NCBI GenBank assembly: GCA_963809485.1
Contig: CAWEJX010000010.1
Coordinates: 22,276 to 86,275, forward strand
Source of the DNA: an uncultured Acidobacteriota bacterium
GTDB taxonomy: Bacteria > Acidobacteriota > UBA6911
Direction: 5' to 3'
DNA length: 64,000 bases
Of this stretch, positions 42,617-52,373 are shown one piece after another. The stretch's first letter is position 1, and the number at the start of each line of letters is the position of its first letter. The position numbers and the translations under genes are program-made. The notes below the pieces were generated by a model that was not told the DNA's origin, ran no database searches, and saw nothing but the letters and a program-made list of their open reading frames with translations.

Positions 42617-43558
42617 ATGAGCTCATTTGCCGGACGAAGCCTCAGTCTAATGACCGCCGCATGGATGCTCGCCGGGAGTTTGTTAACAGCTTTCCCCGAC
42701 GACCGGCCGACCCATGAAACGCCGCGAGAGTTAGCCATAGCGTGGCTGAGCTATCATGAGTCGGATCTTTGCCAGGGGATCGACTCGGTATTTGCCTTTG
42801 GCAAGGAAGGATTGGAGGTATGGAGCCTGGTTGAAGATGAAAGAAGTTACGACCGGTTTCGCGGAATGCTGAGCGCTCTGCGCGACAGCCACCGGATCGT
42901 GTTGCACGAAACACGCCTGCCTCCCGAGCGCGTTAAGGATGGCGACTTGGACGTTCCTCCCAGCCTGTGGGAAAATTACGAACTGCGGCTTTATCTGGGG
43001 GATCCTGTCGCCCGGGTCCAAATCCTTGAGGATTCCGAGGACCGTTCGCGGGCGGATTCCATGAAGCCGGACGAATTTCTTAGGCATCGGCTTTATATGT
43101 TTGCCGAACAGACTCTCGACTGGAACAGGAAGATGAAACGATATTCGTCGGATCTTCCCGCGCTGGTTCAAGTGGCGCTGGATGTCTCATTGGCGCCGGA
43201 TCTGAGATCGCGGGCAGGAGCGGTTGGCAGAAATCACCTGCAAAACATGAACCGGTATATTGAAAAAATCGAAAAAAACCTGTCTGTGGCCATTCCCGGA
43301 TCCGAGCGCAAAATGAGCACCCCGGGTTCATCGGGTAAACACACTGCAGCGAAAGCTTCAGTGGAGGGCGCCACTCTCATTTCCTCGGCTGCGGAGAAGC
43401 TCGCACGCCGCATTGTCTATTTCATATATCCGGAACAGTATACGGTGGACCTCGATGAGCTGCGCCAATCCAGCCTTCTGGAATCCTTGAGGGAATTAAA
43501 AACAATGAATGCCGATTTACAGAAAGCCCTGGCGCACCTTCCCCGCAGGATTTCTTAA
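42617..43558 (+). CDS. Hypothetical exported helical protein
   Basis: Long ORF with a signal-like N-terminus and no recognised family. Confidence 0.6.
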   Translation: MSSFAGRSLSLMTAAWMLAGSLLTAFPDDRPTHETPRELAIAWLSYHESDLCQGIDSVFAFGKEGLEVWSLVEDERSYDRFRGMLSALRDSHRIVLHETRLPPERVKDGDLDVPPSLWENYELRLYLGDPVARVQILEDSEDRSRADSMKPDEFLRHRLYMFAEQTLDWNRKMKRYSSDLPALVQVALDVSLAPDLRSRAGAVGRNHLQNMNRYIEKIEKNLSVAIPGSERKMSTPGSSGKHTAAKASVEGATLISSAAEKLARRIVYFIYPEQYTVDLDELRQSSLLESLRELKTMNADLQKALAHLPRRIS

Positions 43559-43591
43559 CCGGGATGCAGGGCTCCGGTTCGGGATGAGATC

Positions 43592-44758
43592 ATGGAACTG
43601 CAGCACTTCCTGCTCGAAAATTTGCGCGCGCACAGGACAATCGCCGGCCTCCGGGAATCCGCATTTTATGCCGATTACGGGAAGCAGCTTGAGTCCTTCC
43701 TGAAAACGCCGCAGCTTTTGGCGTGTCCGGACGCCAGCCCTCGTCTCCGATCATTCCTCCGGGTAGCGCAATGGAATATCGAAAAGGGGAAAAGATTCCA
43801 TGAAATCCTGGACTGCTTACAGTCTGACGAAATTCTTAAATGGGCCGATGTTTTGATCCTCAACGAAGCGGACTACGGCATGAACCGTTCGCAAAACCGG
43901 CATGTGGCGCGGGATCTTGCCGAAGCCCTGGGCATGCATATGGCCTTTGCGCCCGCGCATTTCGAACTGACGCCGGGAACCGGTGAGGATCGTTTACCTC
44001 AGGGCGACAACCGGGAAAGCCTCCAGGGAAACGCAATTCTCAGCCGCTACCCTGTTCTGGAGGCGCACACCATTCAGCTTCCTGTAACATTTGAGCCGTA
44101 TGAGTTTGAGGAAAAGCGATTCGGCCGGCGGAACTGTGTCTGGGCCGGGATCGAGCTGGGGCAATCATTGCTCTGGGTGGGATCCGCACATCTGGAGCTT
44201 CGAAACACGCCGGGATGCCGCGCCCGGCAGATGCTGCATATTATGGAGAACCTTCCCGGAAGCGCAAGGGAATCGTATATCCTGGGGGGCGACCTGAACA
44301 CGAACGGCTTTTCACGTGGGACATTCTGCAGAACCTTGAGATCTGTTTTCAGGCTGATGCTGCATTCGCCCCCTGAGATGAAGAGCCTGCTGCTTCATCC
44401 TGAACGCGGAAGCGAACCTTTGTTCGGCGTTTTGGAAAAGCATGGTTTCGCCCGGGATCGTTTTAATTCCAGCGAGGAAACCGCCCGGACCGGTATCGAC
44501 TCCCTCGAGGAGAACACATTGTTGCCGGTGTTTTTGTCGGAGCGCATCCGGACACGGCTTGAATCCTACCATGGGTATCTGTGCTTTAAGCTGGACTGGT
44601 TCCTCGGAAAAAACATGCACGCGTTGACAGGAGGACAGAAGCGAGACATTCAGACGGGCATAATCTCGTCCAATCCATCCTGCGTGAAGTTGGAAAATGC
44701 CGGCCCGAAACGCGTGTCCGACCATCGGCCCATTTACGTAGATCTGGATTTGGGGTAG
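43592..44758 (+). CDS. Endonuclease/exonuclease/phosphatase family protein
   Basis: QWNIEKG, LNEAD, GNAILSRYP, GGDLNT, KLDWF, SDHRPI. Confidence 0.9.
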   Translation: MELQHFLLENLRAHRTIAGLRESAFYADYGKQLESFLKTPQLLACPDASPRLRSFLRVAQWNIEKGKRFHEILDCLQSDEILKWADVLILNEADYGMNRSQNRHVARDLAEALGMHMAFAPAHFELTPGTGEDRLPQGDNRESLQGNAILSRYPVLEAHTIQLPVTFEPYEFEEKRFGRRNCVWAGIELGQSLLWVGSAHLELRNTPGCRARQMLHIMENLPGSARESYILGGDLNTNGFSRGTFCRTLRSVFRLMLHSPPEMKSLLLHPERGSEPLFGVLEKHGFARDRFNSSEETARTGIDSLEENTLLPVFLSERIRTRLESYHGYLCFKLDWFLGKNMHALTGGQKRDIQTGIISSNPSCVKLENAGPKRVSDHRPIYVDLDLG

Positions 44759-44818
44759 TTTGACTGCGCAGCCGAATGTAAGCCGGGGGCCCCTGCAGGG
44801 CCCGGAAAGAACAATTCA

Positions 44819-45868
44819 ATGAGCCGAAAAGACAGATTTCTCAAAGCATGCAGGTTGGAGCCCGCCGATTGCACGCCCGTGTGGTTTATGCGTCAGGCAG
44901 GGCGATATATGAAGCAATACCGGGAAGTTCGAGCGAAACACAGCCTGATCGAAATGTTCAAAAATCCGGAGATCGCTGCGGAAATAACTCTTCAACCTGT
45001 TCAGGCGTTTTCAGTGGATGCAGCCATCATTTTTGCCGACATATTGCTGCCGCTGGAAGGCATGGGCGCCGCGTTCGAGTTCACCGAGAGGAGCGGTCCT
45101 GTGATCCATAAGCCCATGCGCAGCGCTGCCGATGTAAGCGCGCTTCGAGTTGCCGATCCGGAGGAGAGCCTGGACTTTGTGCTGAAAACCATACGCCATG
45201 TCCGTTCCGAGCTGAACGGGAAGGTTCCCCTGATAGGGTTTGCCGGAGCTCCTTTCACCCTTGCAGGCTATGCCATTGAGGGCGGCAGCTCGTCCAACTA
45301 TCTGCTTACAAAAGGATTCATGTACCGGGACCCGGCGGCATGGAACATGCTCATGCAAAAATTGTCCGAAACCATTCTGTCTTTTCTATTGGCCCAGGTT
45401 AAAGCCGGAGCGCAGGTCTTGCAGATATTTGATTCATGGGTGGGATGCCTGAGTCCCCAGGACTATGCGCAATATGTCCTGCCCCACAGCCGGAAAATCT
45501 TCCAGGAATTGCGCCGAAAAAATATTCCCTGCATCCACTTTGGAACCGGGACGGCCGGTTTGCTGGAACTGATTGGGGAAGCCGGAGGGGACACGATTGG
45601 CGTGGACTGGCGCATTCCTCTCCGCAGAGCCTGGGAACAGATCGGTGCCCGAACTGCCATCCAGGGGAACCTGGATCCGGCTGCATTGCTGGCGCCCTGG
45701 CCTGTGCTCAATCAAAAAGCTGCCGAGATCCTTGATGAAGCCGGCGGGCGGCCAGGGCATATATTTAACCTCGGACACGGCATCCTTCCATCAACACCGG
45801 AGGATTCGGTTAAAGCGCTGGCTGATTTTGTGCATGAATATTCCGTTAGAGGCAAAGCAGCAGACTAG
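44819..45868 (+). CDS. hemE: Uroporphyrinogen decarboxylase
   Basis: PVWFMRQAGRY, IIFADIL, GFAGAPFTLA, QGNLDP, IFNLGHG. Confidence 0.97.
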   Translation: MSRKDRFLKACRLEPADCTPVWFMRQAGRYMKQYREVRAKHSLIEMFKNPEIAAEITLQPVQAFSVDAAIIFADILLPLEGMGAAFEFTERSGPVIHKPMRSAADVSALRVADPEESLDFVLKTIRHVRSELNGKVPLIGFAGAPFTLAGYAIEGGSSSNYLLTKGFMYRDPAAWNMLMQKLSETILSFLLAQVKAGAQVLQIFDSWVGCLSPQDYAQYVLPHSRKIFQELRRKNIPCIHFGTGTAGLLELIGEAGGDTIGVDWRIPLRRAWEQIGARTAIQGNLDPAALLAPWPVLNQKAAEILDEAGGRPGHIFNLGHGILPSTPEDSVKALADFVHEYSVRGKAAD

Positions 45869-46023
45869 CCGGACGCAGCAATGCTGATGCCCCGATGAGG
45901 GCGGCCGGATCCTGAAGCCGGAAGCAAAATGCAAAGAATTTCAGCAGTGGTTTTTCCCGGTTGCCGGCTTCGTGCTTCCTGTTTCGGACTTTACGGAATT
46001 CGCGCCTCACGTGGGGCAACCGT

Positions 46024-46296
46024 CTAATCAAAGACAACTGTCTGCAGAGTTGTGATTTCGATTGTCTTGCCGCAGCGGGGATTTTTGCAGCGCAATTTGT
46101 CATCCAGCCTTATGCGATAGTTGCGGGCTTTGGCGAATTTCGCCCTGTCCTGTTCGCTGGCGCCCGGCGGCAGAGACGCCTTCCTGGTTCGGCGACGCCA
46201 CCTGATGGGATATTCCTGTGTAGTCCTGCACTTCGGACAGTAGATTGAAGCGGGCACGGTCTCGTCCTTTTCGTTGAATAGATCACGTTCTTCCAT
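46024..46296 (-). CDS. Small zinc-ribbon protein
   Basis: CPKC and CKNPRC pairs in a 90 aa ORF. Confidence 0.65.
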   Translation of the reverse strand: MEERDLFNEKDETVPASIYCPKCRTTQEYPIRWRRRTRKASLPPGASEQDRAKFAKARNYRIRLDDKLRCKNPRCGKTIEITTLQTVVFD

Positions 46297-46451
46297 AGGC
46301 GGGCATTATATTCCGGAATCTCCCCTGCGCACCAGCAAGTTGTTGTAAAATGCATTTTGTCGGCTCCGGAGGAGCGTAATCCTCCGGAGCCGATGATCAG
46401 GGATGATACAGGAAGCGCAGTCTTATCAGAGGATTAAGGGACGCCAGGACT

Positions 46452-47189
46452 ATGGGTTTCTTTCGCAGGATTTTTGATTTCGAGGCCGGTCCGTCCGAAC
46501 GGCAAATTCAGCGGGCCATCAAACAGATCACCCAAATACACGGCGAAGCGGGCACACGTGTCGCCGCCATGGAACGTCTCGCATCGTGGCAAACCCCGGA
46601 GGCTGCCGCTGCGCTTCTGCGCCGGTTTACGGTTCAGACAGCCCAGGCAAGCATGGATCTTGAGGAGAAGCAATACGCCGTGAAACTGCTGGCGGGGATG
46701 GGGAGAGCGGCTATTGAGCCAATCCTGTCTTATCTGCGTGCCGAGCCCGACGTGACCTACCCGGTTCGGGCTTTGCGGGAGATTTATTCTCCGGAGGAGT
46801 TTCATAAATCCCTGACGGATATTCTGATGAGCTTATCCACCGGATACACGCGCTGGCCTGAGGCCAAGGCAGTGCTGATTGAGCATCTGCCGGAAGAGGC
46901 TTTCCCGCAGGTCGCCGAGACCGTAATCCGCTTTCTCGAAGACGAGGATGATGATGTCTGCATTGCGGCCATCGATTATCTTGCCCACAAAGGAGACGAG
47001 ACTGTCAGGGAAAAGCTGCTTCAGACATTTTTTGAAGCCGAAGCCCGGCCGAGGGTTCGCGGCCGAATACTGGATCATTTCTGCGAGCGGGAATGGCCGG
47101 TTAAGGGATACCGGAAGAAGATGGAGGAGTCCATTTCGCTCCCCTTCTATCTGACTGCCAAGGGAACGGTGAAGCGCAAGTCAGGGTAA
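46452..47189 (+). CDS. HEAT-repeat-like protein
   Basis: Helical repeats such as FLEDEDDDVCIAAIDYL; RBS AGGA. Confidence 0.65.
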   Translation: MGFFRRIFDFEAGPSERQIQRAIKQITQIHGEAGTRVAAMERLASWQTPEAAAALLRRFTVQTAQASMDLEEKQYAVKLLAGMGRAAIEPILSYLRAEPDVTYPVRALREIYSPEEFHKSLTDILMSLSTGYTRWPEAKAVLIEHLPEEAFPQVAETVIRFLEDEDDDVCIAAIDYLAHKGDETVREKLLQTFFEAEARPRVRGRILDHFCEREWPVKGYRKKMEESISLPFYLTAKGTVKRKSG

Positions 47190-47242
47190 AAAAAGCAGCC
47201 GGAAGCCAGGAGCCGGAAGCCCCGAAAAGACTCCGTGCCGCA

Positions 47243-48125
47243 TCAATGCTCCCCCAAAAATGCATCCAGAATTTGATTAAATGCCTGGGGCTTGTCCAGG
47301 AACATCGCATCCCCTGCTCCCTCCACCACTTCCAGGCCGGACCGCGGTATTTTGGATTTGACTTGCTCCCAGATTGCCCGGTTCTCCGGTGTGGACACGA
47401 TCAGATTGGGCACCGGAACACGAGCCAGAGCGGGGCGTCTGTCCCCGGTGAACAGATCGAAGTAAAGCGAAGCCGCGGCTCCCATGGGGGTTTTCAGGCT
47501 GTTCTCAGCAAGCTCTTTATATAGATATTCCGGTTGACGGGTCTTGAAGAGACTGCGCACATAGCCGGTCTGCCGCCTTTGCTCGGTCGTCCTGGAACGC
47601 GAGAAGCTGCGATCTGGCCTTTTGCACTGCCAGGGTTCCGGGGCAATCCTCGATTGTCAAGGCAGTAGGGCTGCCGTCAACAAAGACAATTTTCTCAGGC
47701 TTGAGAGTCTCGGGGCTGGTTATATATTCCAGAAGAACCGCTATTCCGGAACCCCAGCCGACCAGGTACGAATGCTCGATTTTGAGAGTCTGCAAAAACG
47801 CGTGAAGATCGGCCGCCTGCTGGTGATAGGTGTTCCCAAGCTCCGTCTTTGTAGTCTGACCATGACTGCGCGGGTCGAAAGCAATGACGCGAAAGCCCCT
47901 GGCTGCGAAATAGGGAAGCTGCTCTTTCCAGACTTCGGCAGTCATGGCCCAACCTGTTATGAATACCAGTGTCCGATCCCCGTTGCCTGCTTCCAAATAG
48001 TGGATTTTTATGTCCCCGACTTCGACAGACAAATCTTTCCACGGGCCCCTATCCTTTGCTGTCGCGTACGCTGCGGTGGAAATCAGTGCAAGGAAAGAAA
48101 TCATCACAACCACGGTCTTTTGCAT
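47243..48125 (-). pseudogene. Exported alpha/beta-hydrolase-fold protein, one frameshift near 47567, catalytic motifs altered
   Basis: IHYLEAG, FITGW, AFDPRSHG, GWGSG, GAGDAMF...PQAFN. Removing one base joins ORFs 47517-48146 and 47243-47560. Confidence 0.75.
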
Positions 48126-48225
48126 AAGTCTCCTCCCTGCAATCAATAGTGAGGTATTGCGGCGCGCCTGACAATACCCATCCTTTTAGGGCCTTAAGGA
48201 TTTTTAATGACAAAATCCCTAATCT

Positions 48226-48282
48226 AATGGGAGATCCACCGGCTCTGCCGGTGAGGCAGCATCGGTTTGACAAATACCGGAG
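48226..48282. repeat. Solo IS200-like end / palindromic 57 bp element, copy 2
   Basis: AATGGGAGATCCACCGGCTCTGCCGGTGAGGC...GTTTGACAAATACCGGAG. Confidence 0.6.
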
Positions 48283-48376
48283 CATGCCTTTTCACCGGCG
48301 AACAGGGCCGGAGCTTGTGTGATCCGGCTGCATCCATTATAATTAACAGGAGGTTAAAGCATTCTGCCCGAAAATG

Positions 48377-48452
48377 GGCGCCGTACCCAAGTGGCTAAGG
48401 GAGAGGTCTGCAAAACCTCGATGCAGCGGTTCGAGTCCGCTCGGCGCCTCCA
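48377..48452 (+). tRNA. tRNA-Cys(GCA)
   Basis: GGCGCCG/CGGCGCC acceptor stem, GAGGT-CTGCAAA-ACCTC anticodon arm, GGTTCGAGTCC T-arm, U discriminator, encoded CCA. Confidence 0.97.
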
Positions 48453-48508
48453 TCGTTGTGCTTGAGCCCGCACAGTTTTCTCAACTTCAAGCGCCGGAAT
48501 GTTTCCCA

Positions 48509-48536
48509 TGTAACAAGTGGCTGTAGAACGACGTAA
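48509..48536 (+). promoter_or_regulatory. Putative ECF-sigma promoter for the triple-MFP operon
   Basis: TGTAAC-N17-CGTAA. Confidence 0.5.
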
Positions 48537-48654
48537 TTAAACAGCGACGCGGATTTTAAGTTTTGGCCTGTCTGCGCCGGGCAATTCCCATACGAATGAC
48601 CGGGCGGAGCAGAAGTGAGTCAGGAATTCATTCAAGGGGATAGGGTAATCCGCT

Positions 48655-49803
48655 ATGGTTCGATCTGTTATAACGGTTCTGGCCCTGATTGCAGCGCTTG
48701 GCACCTTGCCGGCGGATGCACAGCAGGCAGGCAGATATAAAAAGTTCACCAAATTCGGGCAGCCCGAGACAGGCATTGATTTTTACGCCTCCAGCCGGCA
48801 ATTGACCAGCCCGTTTGAGAAGCCGGCGGCTGACGCCGTGGCTAAGCTCAAAACACTCCTCGGACAGAATCTTCCCAAGGGTGCTATTTTCGTCTGCTCG
48901 ACATTGGAGCAAAAGGACTCTATCTATGAGCCTCAGGTCCTGAAGATGGGCTACGGATGGACGCTGACGGCAACGACCGCAGACATGAGAACCCAGGAAA
49001 CGCTGGCGCGGATCAAATCGCAAATGGGCGGTGAAATCCCGGCCGAGATCCTCCAACGCATTCGCAACCAGCCACCGGCAATGGCAGCCGATTTCGAAAA
49101 GCAGATGGTAAGCTCGACCGTCCAGCAGATCGCTTATGCGGTCCTGCAGTCGGCTTTGGGCAAGAACCTGCAATACCGGTCTTCGCGCCTGGATGACATG
49201 GGAAAGAGCCCATTGCCTGATTGGCTGGATATTGGTATCGCTACCTATGCGAGCGGATCCAATCCCAACGTCGGTTTTCTCCAGCAGAACATGGAGCAGA
49301 CTTTTTCGATCGAGGACATAATTTCCATGTCACGGCCGTTTGTGGCTTCCACGTCAGGGCAGGGCGGCAGCGGGGGAGGCGGAAGATCCGCGGGCGGACC
49401 GGGCGGAGGCGGTGGAGGCATGATGAATCCCGGCGGGGGTCAGGGATTACCGCCGGCCGGCATGGGAGGCGCGAGGGGTTCGGGCGGTATTAGCGGCCCG
49501 GGCGGCCAGCGCGGGGGGTCGCAGAGAACTCTGTCGAAAGATGAGCAGGACCGGATGCTTTTTGACGCCCAGGCCGGCACTTTCTTTGCATTCCTCCGGG
49601 AAAAAGTGGGCATAGAGAAAGTCAGAGAGCTTATCCGTCAGGCAATTGAAGGTAAAGAGAGCAGAGAGTTTATTATGCAACCCGATGTGCTGGGACCTGA
49701 TTTCGGGAAAATAGAAGAATCCTGGGCCGCCTGGGTCAAAGCTCAGAAGCCCGATAGGCCCGCCGGACCGAGGCCTGAAGCGGGGGCCAATAAGACGAAC
49801 TAA
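48655..49803 (+). CDS. Secreted peptidase-MA/gluzincin-like protein lacking Zn ligands, with a Gly-rich insertion
   Basis: Signal peptide (ADA-QQ). QQIAY occupies the expected HExxH position and PDWLDIGIATY the expected PxWxxEGxAxY position. C-terminal AQA..FFAFL...G...IEESWAAW. Confidence 0.55.
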   Translation: MVRSVITVLALIAALGTLPADAQQAGRYKKFTKFGQPETGIDFYASSRQLTSPFEKPAADAVAKLKTLLGQNLPKGAIFVCSTLEQKDSIYEPQVLKMGYGWTLTATTADMRTQETLARIKSQMGGEIPAEILQRIRNQPPAMAADFEKQMVSSTVQQIAYAVLQSALGKNLQYRSSRLDDMGKSPLPDWLDIGIATYASGSNPNVGFLQQNMEQTFSIEDIISMSRPFVASTSGQGGSGGGGRSAGGPGGGGGGMMNPGGGQGLPPAGMGGARGSGGISGPGGQRGGSQRTLSKDEQDRMLFDAQAGTFFAFLREKVGIEKVRELIRQAIEGKESREFIMQPDVLGPDFGKIEESWAAWVKAQKPDRPAGPRPEAGANKTN

Positions 49804-49820
49804 GAAAGAGACTTGGTGCT

Positions 49821-51143
49821 ATGGGTATACATAAGAAACAGCACGCTAATAGCAGGTTTTGGGCCGTAACCCTCATGGCGGCTTTCCTATTGGTTGCCGC
49901 CGGCCTTTTGTTCCGGCCCGCGTCAGCCCAGAATCCCGGTCTGACAAGCAGCAAGACCGAGGTTCCTCTTCCGGAGCCTGCCGCCCAAACCGAGCGCAGC
50001 AAAGTGGCCTCCTATACCGTTGCCACAGGCCAGATCATTAAGGAGCTGGTTCTCACCGGTGAATTGAAGGCTGCACGCTCGATCAAGATCAACGCGCCGG
50101 AAATACGGAGCAGTTTCTCCAATATGGTCGCCTTTCTGGCGCCTGAGGGGCAACAGGTGAAAAAGGGCGACCGCATCGTGGAATTCGACGACTCGAGTCT
50201 ATTGAGCAATAAGTCCGAAGCGGAGCGTACTCTGGATGAAGCAAAGCTGAACATCCTGAAGAAAAAGGCGGACCTGGAGGCGGAACGCTGCGATCTGCTC
50301 AATTCCGTCGCCCAGGCGGAAGCCAATCTAAAGGTCGACCAATTGTACGGCAAAATAAGCAAGGACCTGTTGCCGGGAAACACCTTCAAGCAATACCAGC
50401 TAAACCTGGAAAAATCCCTGATAGCCCTTCAGCAGGCTAAAGAGAAACTGACCAATTTCGAAAGAAGCTATGATTCGCAGATGGCTCTGGTCGAGATCAA
50501 CCGCTCTCAAGCCGAGCTCAATCTGAAAAAGATCGAAAGCGACATGCAGCTTTTGAAAATCGACGCTCCCCAGGATGGAATCCTGATTTACGGAGACAAC
50601 TGGGCCAGCAACAGAAAAATCCAGGAAGGAGACAGCCTCTTTCATGGTATGGAAGTTGCCAGCCTGCCGGACCTTTCCAGCATGCAGGTGATCGGCTACG
50701 TCTACGACACCGAATACGGTTCCATTTTGCGCGATGCCCGCTGCACCGTGACGCTCGATGCGCTGCCCGGCTACCAGGTTGACGGACGGATCGTTTCGCT
50801 GACCAGCGTCGCCAGCCGCAAGGGATTTACGTCCGACAAGAAGTTTTTTCAGACCGTTGTACAGCTGGATAAGGTCGACGTTGAAAGAATGAAGCCCGGA
50901 ATGACGGCGCGTATCAAAATTCCTATAATTCTTGCGAAGGATGCCCCTGCGGTTCCGCGTGACTACCTGGGCACCGATCCCCAGGGCAGGTACTATGTCG
51001 TGAAGGGGAAAGAATCCAAGACGGCCAGCATGCAGATTGTCGAAGTCGGGGCGATAGGAGACCGGCTGGTCCAGATTGCCTCGGGCCTGTCCGCCGGCGA
51101 CTCGCTGCTTCCGATTCAGAGCCTTGCGGAGGTAAAGAAATGA
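49821..51143 (+). CDS. Membrane fusion protein (HlyD/MacA-like periplasmic adaptor) 1
   Basis: TM anchor, PEGQQVKKGD, coiled coil, IDAPQDG, LDALPG, MKPGMTA. Confidence 0.88.
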   Translation: MGIHKKQHANSRFWAVTLMAAFLLVAAGLLFRPASAQNPGLTSSKTEVPLPEPAAQTERSKVASYTVATGQIIKELVLTGELKAARSIKINAPEIRSSFSNMVAFLAPEGQQVKKGDRIVEFDDSSLLSNKSEAERTLDEAKLNILKKKADLEAERCDLLNSVAQAEANLKVDQLYGKISKDLLPGNTFKQYQLNLEKSLIALQQAKEKLTNFERSYDSQMALVEINRSQAELNLKKIESDMQLLKIDAPQDGILIYGDNWASNRKIQEGDSLFHGMEVASLPDLSSMQVIGYVYDTEYGSILRDARCTVTLDALPGYQVDGRIVSLTSVASRKGFTSDKKFFQTVVQLDKVDVERMKPGMTARIKIPIILAKDAPAVPRDYLGTDPQGRYYVVKGKESKTASMQIVEVGAIGDRLVQIASGLSAGDSLLPIQSLAEVKK

Positions 51144-52366
51144 CAACGCGTAATCGACTTCTTCTTGCGGTGCTGATCCTGGCTATCGCGACAGGGGCCT
51201 ACTGGGTTTTCCGGTCAAAAAGTGTCGCTGCCAGCGCCAGCGACAAGGACTTGATCACGGCGCAGCGCGTCGACTTCCCCTTGATCATCAGCGCGACGGG
51301 TATGCTGGAAGCCTCTCGCAGCGTCAGTATAAGCCCTCCCCAGATCGGGCGTGAAAGACGGTTCAAGCTGATGCGGATGGTCGAGGAGGGAACCCGGGTA
51401 TCCGAGGGAGATTTCCTGCTGGAATTCGACACTTCCGATATTGTCACCCGCTTAAGGGACGAGACGGCCAACTTCCAGCGTGTGCAGGAAGAGCGCCAGA
51501 AAAAGCGGTCCGATTCCGATATCCAGCTCCGGAACCTGAAACTGTCGCTGGAACAGGCCAAAACCAACCTCCAAAAACTCGAAGTCAAAATGAATTCCCA
51601 GGTTGATCTTGTGAGCGGCATCGAAGTCGAAGAGACCAAGATCCAGCGCGATGCCGCCAAAACCAACGTCGAGTTCCTCGAGAAAAAGGTGAAATATGTG
51701 ACGGAAAGCGGGCAACTGGATCTTCAGATCTCCCGCAGCAATGAAGCCCACTACCGCGGCCGGATGGAAGATCTCATGGATGCCATGGATTCCTACACGG
51801 TCCGGGCGCCGGTTGTAGGTGTGGTGATATACAAGCGCGATTGGAACAACCAGGCGAAAGAGATCGGCAGCAATATCTTCGGCATGGATGCGGTGCTGGA
51901 AATACCCGACCTGTCCAGCATACAGGCTCGCGTGCAGATCGATGAAATCGATTCCGGGAAAGTCCAAATCGGGCAGGACGCCAATATTACCGTGGATGCC
52001 GTCCAGGGCAAATCTTTCGCCGGCAAGGTTTTCAGCATCGGTACCATATTGAAGCAGGCCAGCTTCGACAGGCCTCAGAAGGTCAACGATGTATATGTTG
52101 AGCTGAAGGATGCCGACCGAAGGCAGCTGCGCCCAAGTATGAACCTGAAAGCGCAGATACAGGTTGGCAAATATTCTCAGGTGGTTGTGATACCGCTGTC
52201 GAGCATTCAGGAACGCGCCGGCCGGTCCTTCGTCCAGGTATGGAAGCCGGAAACAAAATCCTTCGAGTGGCGCAGAATTCAGTTGCGGACCAACGACGGC
52301 CTGACGGCTGTCGTTGAATCCGGCCTGAATGCCAATGAAAAAATCCGGGCCAAACCGAGAGTATGA
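51140..52366 (+). CDS. Membrane fusion protein 2
   Basis: EEGTRVSEGD, VRAPVVG, IDEIDSGKVQIGQ, LRPSMN; ATGA overlap with the upstream gene. Confidence 0.88.
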   Translation: MTTRNRLLLAVLILAIATGAYWVFRSKSVAASASDKDLITAQRVDFPLIISATGMLEASRSVSISPPQIGRERRFKLMRMVEEGTRVSEGDFLLEFDTSDIVTRLRDETANFQRVQEERQKKRSDSDIQLRNLKLSLEQAKTNLQKLEVKMNSQVDLVSGIEVEETKIQRDAAKTNVEFLEKKVKYVTESGQLDLQISRSNEAHYRGRMEDLMDAMDSYTVRAPVVGVVIYKRDWNNQAKEIGSNIFGMDAVLEIPDLSSIQARVQIDEIDSGKVQIGQDANITVDAVQGKSFAGKVFSIGTILKQASFDRPQKVNDVYVELKDADRRQLRPSMNLKAQIQVGKYSQVVVIPLSSIQERAGRSFVQVWKPETKSFEWRRIQLRTNDGLTAVVESGLNANEKIRAKPRV

Positions 52367-52373
52367 GGTGCCT

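Noticed and set aside
44780-44818. SRP RNA-like CAGGGCCCGGAAAG motif
   Set aside because: It lacks the GNRA-flanking AGCAG pairing and the long stem; the intergenic space is too short.
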